From positions 1,376,001-1,440,000 of the forward strand of contig CP147780.1 of the NCBI GenBank assembly GCA_037310415.1: a DNA stretch of 64,000 nt. The letters are read 5' to 3'. This document shows, piece by piece, positions 1-9,382 of the stretch. Every line of letters begins with the position of its first letter. Within the stretch, counting starts at the first letter, position 1. The position numbers and the translations under genes are program-made. Under the pieces are notes generated by a model that was given only the letters and a program-made list of their open reading frames with translations, was not told the origin of the DNA and searched no databases. Source of the DNA: Candidatus Atabeyarchaeum deiterrae (GTDB lineage Archaea > Asgardarchaeota > Atabeyarchaeia > Atabeyarchaeales > Atabeyarchaeaceae).

Positions 1-253
1 TTTTCATCTCTTTTCTATACATCGCATCTTACTCGGGTTCATGCAATCAGAGTCTATGGATCTCACGTCATCCAGTGGCTCTCGTTTACTTCGAAAACAA
101 GATTGTTGATTGCGTAATTCCCCGCACGATGGGTATATTCCTGTTCCGCGTCTTCTAACTATTTTGAGGAATCCATGGTATATAAGGGTTAGACTGTTCC
201 TTCAGTAAAAAACGCTTTCTCCCTCCCCCCTTTTTGCAAGAATCGCAATCTAT

Positions 254-1111
254 TCATGCGAGGTCCTTAATGCTCCTCGGGTTTACCTTCACGCCTTCAG
301 GCTCAACCCTCTTCTTTCTGAGTTTGTGAATCTCTTCCTTCGCTGACTTGAGTCCGAGCTTGAAGGCCTCCTCGAAACCGTAGAGCGCCTTCCTGTCTTG
401 ATTGATGTTTAGGTACGCCATCGCGATATTGTACCATCCGAGGGCATTCTTGCGATCCAATGAGAGGACTGCTTCATAACAGACTATTTCTCTACCATGA
501 TCGTTTCTTCTCCCATATTCGACTCCGAGATTCATCCATGCCAAGGTGTAGCTAGGTTCTATTTCCAGCGCTTTTCTGTAGCGCTCAATCTCCTTGTCGT
601 GGTTTCCCTCCATTCCGTTAGTTACGCCCAGATTGTACCAAGCTTCGAAGAAGTTCTCATCTAAGGAGAGCGCTTTCTCGTAGGACTTTCTTGCGTTTTC
701 GTATTGACCGTTCTCGCCATAGGCGCCTCCCAAGGCGAACCACGCAACATGGTTCTCGGGATCTGCTTGAGTTGCTGTTTCGAAACATTTGATCTGTTCC
801 TCGCTGTTTCCCTTCAATCCGTGTGTTTCACCAAGTTCAAGCCACGCGGTTGAGTTTTTGGAATTTATGTTTAGAACTCTCTTGAAACACTCTATTGCTC
901 GATCGAGTTTCTTGTCCTCCTTGTAGGCTTCACCTAAATAGAACCACGCATCAGAATTCGCAGGCTCTAGCTCAGCAGCTTTCTTGAATAACTTCACAGC
1001 TTTCCCAAAATCCTCTCTATCCAGGCAAAGAAATCCCCCTCTCATGGAACTAGAAAAAGACTCAGACACAGCATTACGCCTCCAAGAAAGCAAATATTCA
1101 GACATATACAT
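254..1111 (-). CDS. Tetratricopeptide repeat (TPR) protein
   Basis: About 6-7 tandem 34-aa repeats with AWxxLG...A...A..L.P pattern. True start may be downstream of 1111. Confidence 0.9.
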   Translation of the reverse strand: MYMSEYLLSWRRNAVSESFSSSMRGGFLCLDREDFGKAVKLFKKAAELEPANSDAWFYLGEAYKEDKKLDRAIECFKRVLNINSKNSTAWLELGETHGLKGNSEEQIKCFETATQADPENHVAWFALGGAYGENGQYENARKSYEKALSLDENFFEAWYNLGVTNGMEGNHDKEIERYRKALEIEPSYTLAWMNLGVEYGRRNDHGREIVCYEAVLSLDRKNALGWYNIAMAYLNINQDRKALYGFEEAFKLGLKSAKEEIHKLRKKRVEPEGVKVNPRSIKDLA

Positions 1112-1267
1112 TGCAGATATTTATCTCACACCCTTCCGTGGAGCATTCAATCAGAAGGGGGTTTAGCAAGAAACCCAATGCGCTTCAGCGGTTGGATGAA
1201 TTGCGCGCCAGCCTTCAGGCTGGACAGTTCCAAGCTTCATGCGGCGATTCTTCATCTAAGAGCTTTT

Positions 1268-1650
1268 ATGCCAAGAGGTTATCAAAGGGCAGCCACAACT
1301 ATTCACCTTATGAACTACCACTTCGTGCGGAGCCCCAGATACATGAGAAAACTATTGATGGGGAGAATCGCCCAAAGGCTGGGCAGTTAATATACGAGAA
1401 GGCTAAACAACTGGAGTGTAAAGTCATCCAGCTGAGAATCGTGCCCGACCACGTGCACCTCTTCACAGAGAGCAACCCGAAGTTATCTCCAAACAGAGTC
1501 ATAGGGGAAATAAAGGGCTACACATCACGGGTTCCAGGGCGGGAGTTCCGGGAGTTGCTAAAGATGCCGACTCTGTGGACGAGAAGCTACTTGGTCAGTA
1601 CAACAGGAAACGTAAGCTCGAGAATAATAGAACCGTATACTGAAGTCTAG
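1268..1650 (+). pseudogene. tnpA: IS200-type Y1 (HUH) transposase, frameshifted
   Basis: ATG 1268 gives MPRGYQR..NYHFVRSPRY, which stops at 1390. The HUH motif DHVHLF, KGYTSR and LWTRSY lie in another frame after ~1381. The YxxxQ motif is cut by TAG (YTEV*). Confidence 0.85.
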
Positions 1651-1666
1651 AAAAGGACTTGAAACC

Positions 1667-2995
1667 ATGCAAGTCGTCAAGACCGTTAAGATACCTCTGC
1701 ACTACTCAACGACAAAACGTAAGCTGAGTATTCTAGACAAGCTGACGGCTAGGTTGACTTACGGAGTAACACTGTGGTCACGGCTGATTGAGGAACATGG
1801 CGTGGAAGATAGGAGCAGGCTAAGAAGTCGCGCCTTGGAGGCTCGAGTGAAGGAGAGGACTGGACTGAGCGCGGGCTTCGTTCAGTGCTGTGGGGACACA
1901 GCTCTTTGGATGTGGCGAAGCTATGGGGAGCTGCACAGAACCTGGGCGAAAACAGTTAAGATGGCTGAGAGCAACAAGGAGCAAGAATGGCTCAAGAAGC
2001 TCCAAAGAAGAGAACCCAAGAAACCTCTGAGCAACGGTCTTAGACACAAGATCCCAATCTGGTTCGACTATCGTGTAGGCAAGCTGGAAAAGGCTAGGAG
2101 AATCAAGATGGCGACCCATGTCATCCGCGTAGCTACATTGAAGAGGGGTGAATGGGTGACAATTCCACTCAACCCGGCTCCGTGTCACATCCAGCTGCTT
2201 GGGCAAGGGACAGCCAAAAGCTTCCAAATCGTGAAGAAAGGCTCCAAGTACAGTGTTCACATTAAGATCGAGCATAGGGTGCTGGATGTGCCTGTTGCAG
2301 GCGTTCTGGGAGTGGATCTGGGTGTGAGGCGCCACGCGGCAACCGTGTTGCTCAGTGGCGAGAAGCCTCCTAAGCTCACCCCGCGATCGTTCCTGACTAT
2401 CCGTGACGGGGAGAAGAAGAACCGTCTGGACAGGTTGAATAGGCTTGTGTCAGAGCTGCAACAAGCGGAGAAGTATGAGACCTTGAGACGGTTAAGGCAT
2501 AAGAGGAAACAAGTCGCAGTGTACTTTGACCGCTTGTCCGCTAAGACGCTGGCTGACATGTGTGGGGGATGTCTCCTCGTTGTTGGCCACCCGAAGGGTG
2601 TCAAGTACAGTAACTTCAAAGGTAACGGCAAGAAGAAGCTAAGGAAAGTGCTGACGCGTTGGAGCTATGCCCGCTTGATACGGTTCATCGTTGAGGAGAG
2701 AGCGGAGAGAGGACTGTCGACGGCTGTTGTTGATGAACGGTGGACATCCAAGACATGCTGGAAATGTCGCTCAAGACATACTCTTCGCATGAATCAGTCA
2801 ACCCTCTTCTGCCGTCATTGTGGCATGACTTTCAACGCTGACTACAACGGTGCGTTGAACATCGGCCTGCCTTATTTGGCTAAAGCCGCGGGCCGAAGGG
2901 CTGCAGATGAGCCAGCCCAAGGAACCGAGGATGACCAGGCAAAAGAAATAGTAGCCTGCAAGCTCGGAAGCCAACACCCTTCAAGGGGTTTGTAG
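1667..2995 (+). CDS. tnpB: TnpB RNA-guided endonuclease with rearranged RuvC-II
   Basis: RuvC-I GVDLG; canonical RuvC-II position VVGHP (no Glu); VDERWTSKTC; zinc finger CWKC/CRHC; RuvC-III NADYNGALNI. Confidence 0.92.
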   Translation: MQVVKTVKIPLHYSTTKRKLSILDKLTARLTYGVTLWSRLIEEHGVEDRSRLRSRALEARVKERTGLSAGFVQCCGDTALWMWRSYGELHRTWAKTVKMAESNKEQEWLKKLQRREPKKPLSNGLRHKIPIWFDYRVGKLEKARRIKMATHVIRVATLKRGEWVTIPLNPAPCHIQLLGQGTAKSFQIVKKGSKYSVHIKIEHRVLDVPVAGVLGVDLGVRRHAATVLLSGEKPPKLTPRSFLTIRDGEKKNRLDRLNRLVSELQQAEKYETLRRLRHKRKQVAVYFDRLSAKTLADMCGGCLLVVGHPKGVKYSNFKGNGKKKLRKVLTRWSYARLIRFIVEERAERGLSTAVVDERWTSKTCWKCRSRHTLRMNQSTLFCRHCGMTFNADYNGALNIGLPYLAKAAGRRAADEPAQGTEDDQAKEIVACKLGSQHPSRGL

Positions 2996-3020
2996 CTCAC
3001 ATTCAGTTAACTAATCTCGC
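2870..3020 (+). ncRNA. Predicted TnpB omega/reRNA scaffold plus flanking guide
   Basis: Hairpin GGGCTG..CAGCCC (~2898-2918) and the right-end hairpin overlap the tnpB 3' end. By analogy to characterised TnpBs the guide would start at 3001 (ATTCAGTTAACTAATC). Boundaries inferred. Confidence 0.55.
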
Positions 3021-3127
3021 TGCGAATCCATAGTATGCTTAAATACCTTTAAGAACAGAATACTGCAAACAGAAGGGTCCCAGCGCTATTGTCTAGTTCT
3101 ACCGAATGAGATAGGAGTTGTCTGAAG

Positions 3128-4141
3128 TTGGTGCATGAAACTGGCGTTTCATATTACGGTTGCACGCAAGCTGACCACGCAAGAGAAGACTTCAAAGAGA
3201 TGGTTGACCACAACTGTAACGCCGTCCAGTTCGCCATAAGTGAGTTTGACTGCCAGCACTGGTGGCCAGCCATGAAGGAGATAACCAAGATCGCGAAAAA
3301 CGAGTTTGGGTTGAGAGTTCACGTCAGCCTGTGGGGATTTGGAAGAGTCTTCGGCGGTGAACCCATCTCAGCGTTTCTTGAAGAACACGCAGATTATCGC
3401 CAAGTCACTTCGGCAAGCGGAAAGCTGCGCCCAGCAGCATGCATCAACACGGAATTCAGAAAATACTACCTAACCTGGGTCAAATCATTCCTGAGAGATC
3501 TCACTTGGGATTACCTTTTCCAAGATGAACCTCACTACGCTGTGCCCACCTCAAGTGAGTGGACATGCCGATGCGAGACATGCCAACAACTCTTCAAGCA
3601 GAAATATGGCTATGAAATGCCCAAAGAGTTGACTGACGACGTTCGCAAATTTAGAGAACAAAACTTGGTTGCACTGCTCGTCGAGGCAGCGCGACTAATC
3701 AAATCCACTGATTCGAGCAAGAAGGTGATTACCTGCCTATTGCCTGGGGGAGGAGAACAGTCCGGAATCGGTGATTGGTCAAGAATCGCTTCAGCACAGG
3801 AGATCGATGTTCTTAGTACTGATCCATATCCGTACGTATTCGGAAAACCGGCAATGCGCCCATACGTGACTGAAATAACAAAGAAAGCCTTGAAGTACTG
3901 CAAAGATTACAGCAAGATGTCACAAATCTGGGTTCAACTGTTTAGTGTCCCCGCTGTCAGGACAGAAGAGGTCAAGGAAACCATTAAGCTAATAGACGAA
4001 CTGGATCTTGATGGAAAGAAGGTCGACAGCATATTTTGCTGGTCCTATAGGGCAACAAAAGGGACAACGATAAGCTGCACTAGGCCAGACTTGGCATGGA
4101 AACTCGTCGGAGAGGCATTCAGAGAAGTTCTTGAGAAATAA
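3128..4141 (+). CDS. Glycoside hydrolase-like TIM-barrel protein (GH42/GHL-like)
   Basis: FQDEPH putative acid/base motif, CRCETC..FKQKYG zinc motif, LSTDPYP. Confidence 0.6.
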   Translation: MVHETGVSYYGCTQADHAREDFKEMVDHNCNAVQFAISEFDCQHWWPAMKEITKIAKNEFGLRVHVSLWGFGRVFGGEPISAFLEEHADYRQVTSASGKLRPAACINTEFRKYYLTWVKSFLRDLTWDYLFQDEPHYAVPTSSEWTCRCETCQQLFKQKYGYEMPKELTDDVRKFREQNLVALLVEAARLIKSTDSSKKVITCLLPGGGEQSGIGDWSRIASAQEIDVLSTDPYPYVFGKPAMRPYVTEITKKALKYCKDYSKMSQIWVQLFSVPAVRTEEVKETIKLIDELDLDGKKVDSIFCWSYRATKGTTISCTRPDLAWKLVGEAFREVLEK

Positions 4142-4298
4142 TGCCACTCCTCTTGGGGATTCTGCGTCTCGACCTTTGAGAAGTTCTCAATCGATTTTCC
4201 GTCCGAGCCTTGCGGTCGCCTAATATTTAAACGGTGACCGAGTCTGATCCATTGTTGAGGAACAGTTCTATCTGTCTCGCCCAAAGGGGGCATACATC

Positions 4299-5120
4299 TT
4301 GATTCGTAACGTGTGGGTAATAGAGAAACTCAGTGGTCGTTGTCTCTTCCATCTCGCCTACGAAAAAGAGCTGAAGGAACCTGACCTGATTTCTGGCTTC
4401 CTATCAGCACTTACCAGTTTCTCAGAGGCTGAGCTCAAAGGAGAAAGGCTTTCAGTAGTCGAAACAGAAGGTAGAAAGTGGGTTTATCGTTATGTTGAAC
4501 CCCTGATATTTGTAGTAACAGGCGCAAAAAAGGATCCTGAATCACATCTAAAAGCTCAAGTGAGCTACTTAGCCAACGTGTTTCTTGACGCGTTTCCGGA
4601 GCTAAAAGCAGAGACTGCGAGAGGTTTCTTTGAAAAGTGGTCGGGGGACAGAAATTACTTTGGTAGACTTGAGCCGCTAGTTGACCAACTCGTAGGGCAA
4701 TGGAGCGAAGTTGATCAAGTGAATAAGGCTGCCAAAGCCCTAGACGTGGTGGAAATCTACCAAAGAATCTTTGACGCCATAATCTCCGATGTGAAGGCAT
4801 GCAATGGTAAGATCTCAACCGAATTTCAATCTGCCGTGAAGGAGTTTGACGACGCGTGCAAAGCGAAGATCACGTACGCGGTTTCGGAGTTCAGCCCGAC
4901 GCTTGACCTCTTAAACATAAATGTCTTCTCAACAGGATACGAAAAGCTGAAAGAAGAACTCGGTTTACTATTGACGAGACTAATGAGAATACTGAAGGAT
5001 CATCTTCCAGCCGGTGAAACTGAGAGAATCATGAAGTCCAAAATAGTCCCGATCATGAAAACCGATTGGAAAAGGATAGACGTGTACAATATTGACCCCG
5101 TTCTGATTTCACTTCTGTAA
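4299..5120 (+). CDS. Longin-like domain protein (N-terminal longin, helical C-terminus)
   Basis: MIRNVWVI..SGRCLF...DLISGFLSALTSFSE is the typical longin beta-beta-alpha start seen in Asgard proteins. Confidence 0.7.
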   Translation: MIRNVWVIEKLSGRCLFHLAYEKELKEPDLISGFLSALTSFSEAELKGERLSVVETEGRKWVYRYVEPLIFVVTGAKKDPESHLKAQVSYLANVFLDAFPELKAETARGFFEKWSGDRNYFGRLEPLVDQLVGQWSEVDQVNKAAKALDVVEIYQRIFDAIISDVKACNGKISTEFQSAVKEFDDACKAKITYAVSEFSPTLDLLNINVFSTGYEKLKEELGLLLTRLMRILKDHLPAGETERIMKSKIVPIMKTDWKRIDVYNIDPVLISLL

Positions 5121-5164
5121 GTGACTCGCTTCTGATCGCTTCGAGCTTATTTCTCTTCCACATC

Positions 5165-6352
5165 CTATTCTAATTCTACCGTTGCAGGGGGCTTAGGGGT
5201 TACGTCATAATAGACGGATCCAACTTTGCCACATTTATCCATGATTCTTTCCGAGATAGTATATAGCTTACTCCAATCAAGCTTAGCCACATTCGCTCTT
5301 GAGAAGTCATCAGTAAGGATAGCCCTAATCACTGCGAGGTATTTTCCATTCTTCGGTTTCTTAGTTACGTTGTACAGACATCTTGTGAACTCCTTCTGTT
5401 TCTCAACAAACTCAACTGGAAAGTCAACCAAGTCATCATGGTCTGGCTCAAAAATCTCTTTTGATCCTAGAAGTGTCACTCTTGAGGCTGACACTTTCAT
5501 GTAGACTCTCTTCTCTTTCCTTAATCCAGCAACTTCACTTCGAGGAATCTTTAGATCAACTTGGTTAGAACCTACGTCCAAGAAGTCTGAGATTCGTTCT
5601 CTTATCCTGTCAATATTGACATCATCGTCATCCTTATTCTCGATTATTGCAGCAAGGCATTGGGTAGGCTTGATGTACTGAAACTCATCCTCAACTATTG
5701 CGTTTGCTTCCCTAGCTTCCTTCAATCTCTCATCGTTGACTCTTCCTACCACTCGAATCAAGAGTCCTGGCGCAGGGAAAGGATTCAAATCTGAGAGTCT
5801 GGGCGGGAGTTCCAGATTCTCAGCAACATTCAAAACTTGCTGCCTGCTCAGAGCACCCAACGGCTCAATCACCTGGAGAGAATGTCTGGTGAACAGTTCT
5901 TTCAATGAAGTTATTGAAGGTTGATCAATTGCAGTGCTATTCTTTGCACTTGTTCCAAAGACCACAAGTTTTGCTTCTTCACCTTCACCAAGTTCCCTGA
6001 GAATTGTATAGAAGGTTTCGTAGAAGGCCTTCCTCTTTTCTATGGCAGTTTCGGCCTGCTCCACACTCTTCATGACTCGTTTCCTGGCGTCGATCACCTT
6101 GAGAGGCAACTTTAGCGGCGCTCTCTTGATAGTCTCTGAAACCGTATCAGCTTCATTCTTCCTCAGGAATCCCGTGTCAACGAAGACGGGGATAACGTTT
6201 GCTCCATTTGTTGCTCGTTGAATGATGGCTGCTGCTACGTTGCTACTAACCCCACCACTACATGCGAGGAGAACCATTTGCCTACCTACAGTGCTTCTGA
6301 CTTCCTGTATCTTGTTTCGCACGAAAGCTCCAGCGTCGAACCTTTCGCTCAA
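5165..6352 (-). CDS. GMP synthase ATP-pyrophosphatase subunit-like protein (divergent)
   Basis: SGGVSS (canonical SGGVDS), VDTGFLRKNE, PFPAPGL, C-terminal YDVTPKPPATVELE. Probable TTG start at 6352. Confidence 0.75.
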   Translation of the reverse strand: MSERFDAGAFVRNKIQEVRSTVGRQMVLLACSGGVSSNVAAAIIQRATNGANVIPVFVDTGFLRKNEADTVSETIKRAPLKLPLKVIDARKRVMKSVEQAETAIEKRKAFYETFYTILRELGEGEEAKLVVFGTSAKNSTAIDQPSITSLKELFTRHSLQVIEPLGALSRQQVLNVAENLELPPRLSDLNPFPAPGLLIRVVGRVNDERLKEAREANAIVEDEFQYIKPTQCLAAIIENKDDDDVNIDRIRERISDFLDVGSNQVDLKIPRSEVAGLRKEKRVYMKVSASRVTLLGSKEIFEPDHDDLVDFPVEFVEKQKEFTRCLYNVTKKPKNGKYLAVIRAILTDDFSRANVAKLDWSKLYTISERIMDKCGKVGSVYYDVTPKPPATVELE

Positions 6353-6625
6353 ATTGCTCGACCTTCCTAAATCAGTCTGAATAAACTGGCAACAATCAAG
6401 TAGTTTCAAAGCGGAACACATATAGTTAAAGATGTGGGTTTGTTGGTAACGTGACTATCGGATTACTTAATTAGTCAAAAAACCAAGCCAAACTTTAAAA
6501 ATTTGGGATACCTACTCAATTAGCGGGTTCTCCATAAACTATCTGCCACTTGAGGACGCAGTTGTTTTGCGCGATTTGATAGATATTAGTCATCTAGAGT
6601 ATAGAATAAAGGTCGGAGAAAAACG

Positions 6626-8371
6626 ATGGGCTCTAGAAAAGTCACAGATATGTTACTCAGGGTTGCTGGAGAGTCAGGAGAAGGCATATTGACAACTGGC
6701 GAACTCCTGACATTTGCTGCAGCAAGACTTGGCCTAAACATATGCAATTTCAGAACGTATCCTGCGGAGGTCACCGGCGGTCAAAGTCTCTACCAAGTAA
6801 GACTCACAACAGAAAAGTTTCTGTCGCCATGGAACTCGACAGACATCCTGATAGTATTCGACGAGGATGCATTCAACTACAACATCAAAAGTTTACACGG
6901 GAAAGGTTCTTTGGTCTACGATCCTGATCTGCACACTCCTCTTCTTGAGAAGAATTCCTCTGCCAGTCTCTACGGACTACCTATGACCAAGATCTCCAAA
7001 GAACAAGTAGGTTTGACAAGAACCAAGAACATGGTTGCTCTCGGAGCGGCGGCAAGCATGATTTCAATCCCGTATGGCAACATCGCAGACCTCATTCAGA
7101 GACGCTTCAAAAGTATGGATAGACAAACGCTTGATAAGAACGTGGAAGCTCTGAAGCTAGGTTACGATCATGCCGAGCAAAACTCTCCTGCAAGATACGA
7201 ATTCCCGAGAGTTAGAGTCTCCCCCACGAAAATATACCTCACTGGTAACACCGCGATCGCACTGGGAGCGCTAAAAGCTGGCTGCAAATTCTATGCAGGT
7301 TACCCTATAACACCATCATCAAGCATCCTGGAGTACCTCTCTCGCGAGTTTCCGAAGTTTGGCGGAATCATGTTTCAGACTGAAGACGAACTCGCTGCAC
7401 TCTCTGCCGCCATTGGAGCATCATTCGGCGGAGTGAAATCAATGACGGCAACATCTGGGCCAGGTTTCTCACTCATGGCTGAAACGCTCGACCTAGCATC
7501 CATGGCCGAGATACCTGTCGTGATAGTTGACGTTCAAAGGGCTGGTCCAAGCACAGGCATGCCGACGAAAACCGAGCAAGGCGATCTAAATGCGGCTTTG
7601 TATCAAGGTCATGGTGACGCGCCCAGAATTGTCCTTGCGCCAGCGGATGTTGAAGATTGCTTCCACTTGACTATCAAAGCATTCAATTTATCCGAGAGAT
7701 GCCAGATGCCCGCAATCATACTTTCGGAGCAGTCGCTATCGGACCGAGCCGAGATGATTGAGAAACCAGATCTGTCGAAGATCAAGGTAGAAGACAGGAT
7801 GAAACCCAACTACCAAGAGATAGCAAAGACTGGCGAATATAAGAGATACAAAATAACAGAAAATGGAGTCTCACCTATGTCTACGCCCGGCGACAAATAT
7901 GGCATATACGTATCAGAAAGCCTTGAACGCGAAGAAAACGCGAAGTTCAGCTATGAACCCGAAGCGCATCAAATAATGATGGAGAAGAGGTTCCGGAAAC
8001 TAAGGATTGCCGAAGATGAACCAAATATGACTAGATCATTCTCGATAGGCAAGGAAAAAGCCGATCTCGGGGTGATTAGCTTCGGACCCTCTGAGGACGC
8101 AGTCATAGAAGCCGTAACCAAAGCCAACAAAGAAGGGAAGAAGGTTTCGTCTCTGCACATTCTTATGCTTTCACCCTTACCAATCAAACAGATCAAACCC
8201 TATCTCGAACGAGTCAACAAAGTCATTGTTGCTGAACTAAATCACACCGGCCAACTCTCATCCCTACTCGCTAAAACACTCTTGCTCGATTCTACTCCTT
8301 TGCGGAAGACAACTGGGCTACCCTTCACGACTGAAGAGATCTTCAACAAAATAAAGGAGGTAGCCCCATGA
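6626..8371 (+). CDS. korA: 2-oxoacid:ferredoxin oxidoreductase alpha subunit (gamma-alpha fusion)
   Basis: GESGEG gamma domain, YPITP, TATSGPG, QRAGPSTGMPT. Confidence 0.92.
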   Translation: MGSRKVTDMLLRVAGESGEGILTTGELLTFAAARLGLNICNFRTYPAEVTGGQSLYQVRLTTEKFLSPWNSTDILIVFDEDAFNYNIKSLHGKGSLVYDPDLHTPLLEKNSSASLYGLPMTKISKEQVGLTRTKNMVALGAAASMISIPYGNIADLIQRRFKSMDRQTLDKNVEALKLGYDHAEQNSPARYEFPRVRVSPTKIYLTGNTAIALGALKAGCKFYAGYPITPSSSILEYLSREFPKFGGIMFQTEDELAALSAAIGASFGGVKSMTATSGPGFSLMAETLDLASMAEIPVVIVDVQRAGPSTGMPTKTEQGDLNAALYQGHGDAPRIVLAPADVEDCFHLTIKAFNLSERCQMPAIILSEQSLSDRAEMIEKPDLSKIKVEDRMKPNYQEIAKTGEYKRYKITENGVSPMSTPGDKYGIYVSESLEREENAKFSYEPEAHQIMMEKRFRKLRIAEDEPNMTRSFSIGKEKADLGVISFGPSEDAVIEAVTKANKEGKKVSSLHILMLSPLPIKQIKPYLERVNKVIVAELNHTGQLSSLLAKTLLLDSTPLRKTTGLPFTTEEIFNKIKEVAP

Positions 8372-8418
8372 AGGGGTTTACTGCTGAATAGAACAGTACA
8401 GTTGGAGGGAAAAGAAAA

Positions 8419-9267
8419 GTGGTTGCGACGGAACAGAAATACTCTCCTGGAGATTACCGGAGTGATATTAAACCTGTCTGGTGCCCAGGCTGCGGAGACT
8501 ACGGTGTATTCACGGCTCTTCTGAATGTCTTGAGTCAGAAGAACTACAACCCATGGGACGTCGCTTTAATCTCAGGCATAGGATGTTCAAGCAGGACACC
8601 CAGTTTCCTCAAAGTCTATGGTTTTCATACAGTCCACGGAAGAGCACTCCCAATAGCATCAGGTTTGAAGCTCGCCAGACCAGATCTCCACGTCATGGTA
8701 GTCACAGGAGATGGGGACGGAATCTCCATAGGCGGAGGACACTTCATCCACGCAGCGAGACGAAACATTGAACTAGTATACATCATGATGAACAACTCAA
8801 TATACGGTCAAACAAAGGGCCAAGCATCTCCCACAACCCGTCAAGACGCCATCACAAGAAGCACACCTTACGGCGTTTTCGACCAACCTCTCAACCCATC
8901 AAGCTTGGCAATTGTGTCTGGCGCAACTTTCGTCGCCAGAGGATTCACAGGCAACCCGAAGCAATTGACGGATCTCATGATGAGGGCGATCAACCACAAA
9001 GGTTTCGCATTCGTTGAAGCTGTGAGCCCATGTGTTACTTTCAACAACACTCTGAGATTCATAAAGGAAAGGGCAAAGGACATAGACTCTACTCACGATG
9101 TAACCGACAAACTAAAAGCATTGGGTCTAGCTTTTTCGGAGGAGCCAATGTACTTTGGATTGTTATATAACGTCCAGATGCCCACGATGAATGAAAAAAT
9201 CAGCGATCTTACAGCCAAGCTCAAAGGCAAGGCAACCATAGATGAACTCCTGACCAGCGTAATGTAA
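8419..9267 (+). CDS. korB: 2-oxoacid:ferredoxin oxidoreductase beta subunit
   Basis: WCPGCG, GIGCS, HGRA, GDGD TPP-binding motif. Confidence 0.93.
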   Translation: MVATEQKYSPGDYRSDIKPVWCPGCGDYGVFTALLNVLSQKNYNPWDVALISGIGCSSRTPSFLKVYGFHTVHGRALPIASGLKLARPDLHVMVVTGDGDGISIGGGHFIHAARRNIELVYIMMNNSIYGQTKGQASPTTRQDAITRSTPYGVFDQPLNPSSLAIVSGATFVARGFTGNPKQLTDLMMRAINHKGFAFVEAVSPCVTFNNTLRFIKERAKDIDSTHDVTDKLKALGLAFSEEPMYFGLLYNVQMPTMNEKISDLTAKLKGKATIDELLTSVM

Positions 9268-9382
9268 GTCTGAATCAGGTGACTTACCAACTTCTTAGTT
9301 GTTGTCTTCCTACATGTATCAAGCGGACCGTGTAGATCACCCTCTGCTCTGCCTTATATAGGAAAGATCATCCATTCCGAAA

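Larger units (their letters stand above)
1195..3000 (+). mobile_element. IS200/IS605-family insertion sequence (tnpA pseudogene + tnpB)
   Basis: Co-oriented tnpA and tnpB; left hairpin CCAGCC-TTCA-GGCTGG (1208-1223); right hairpin CCC-TTCAA-GGG ending in ..GCTCAC at 3000. Left boundary approximate. Confidence 0.85.

Noticed and set aside
1111-1650. 179-aa ORF as a complete protein
   Set aside because: Only its C-terminal half is TnpA; the real N-terminus is in another frame starting at 1268.
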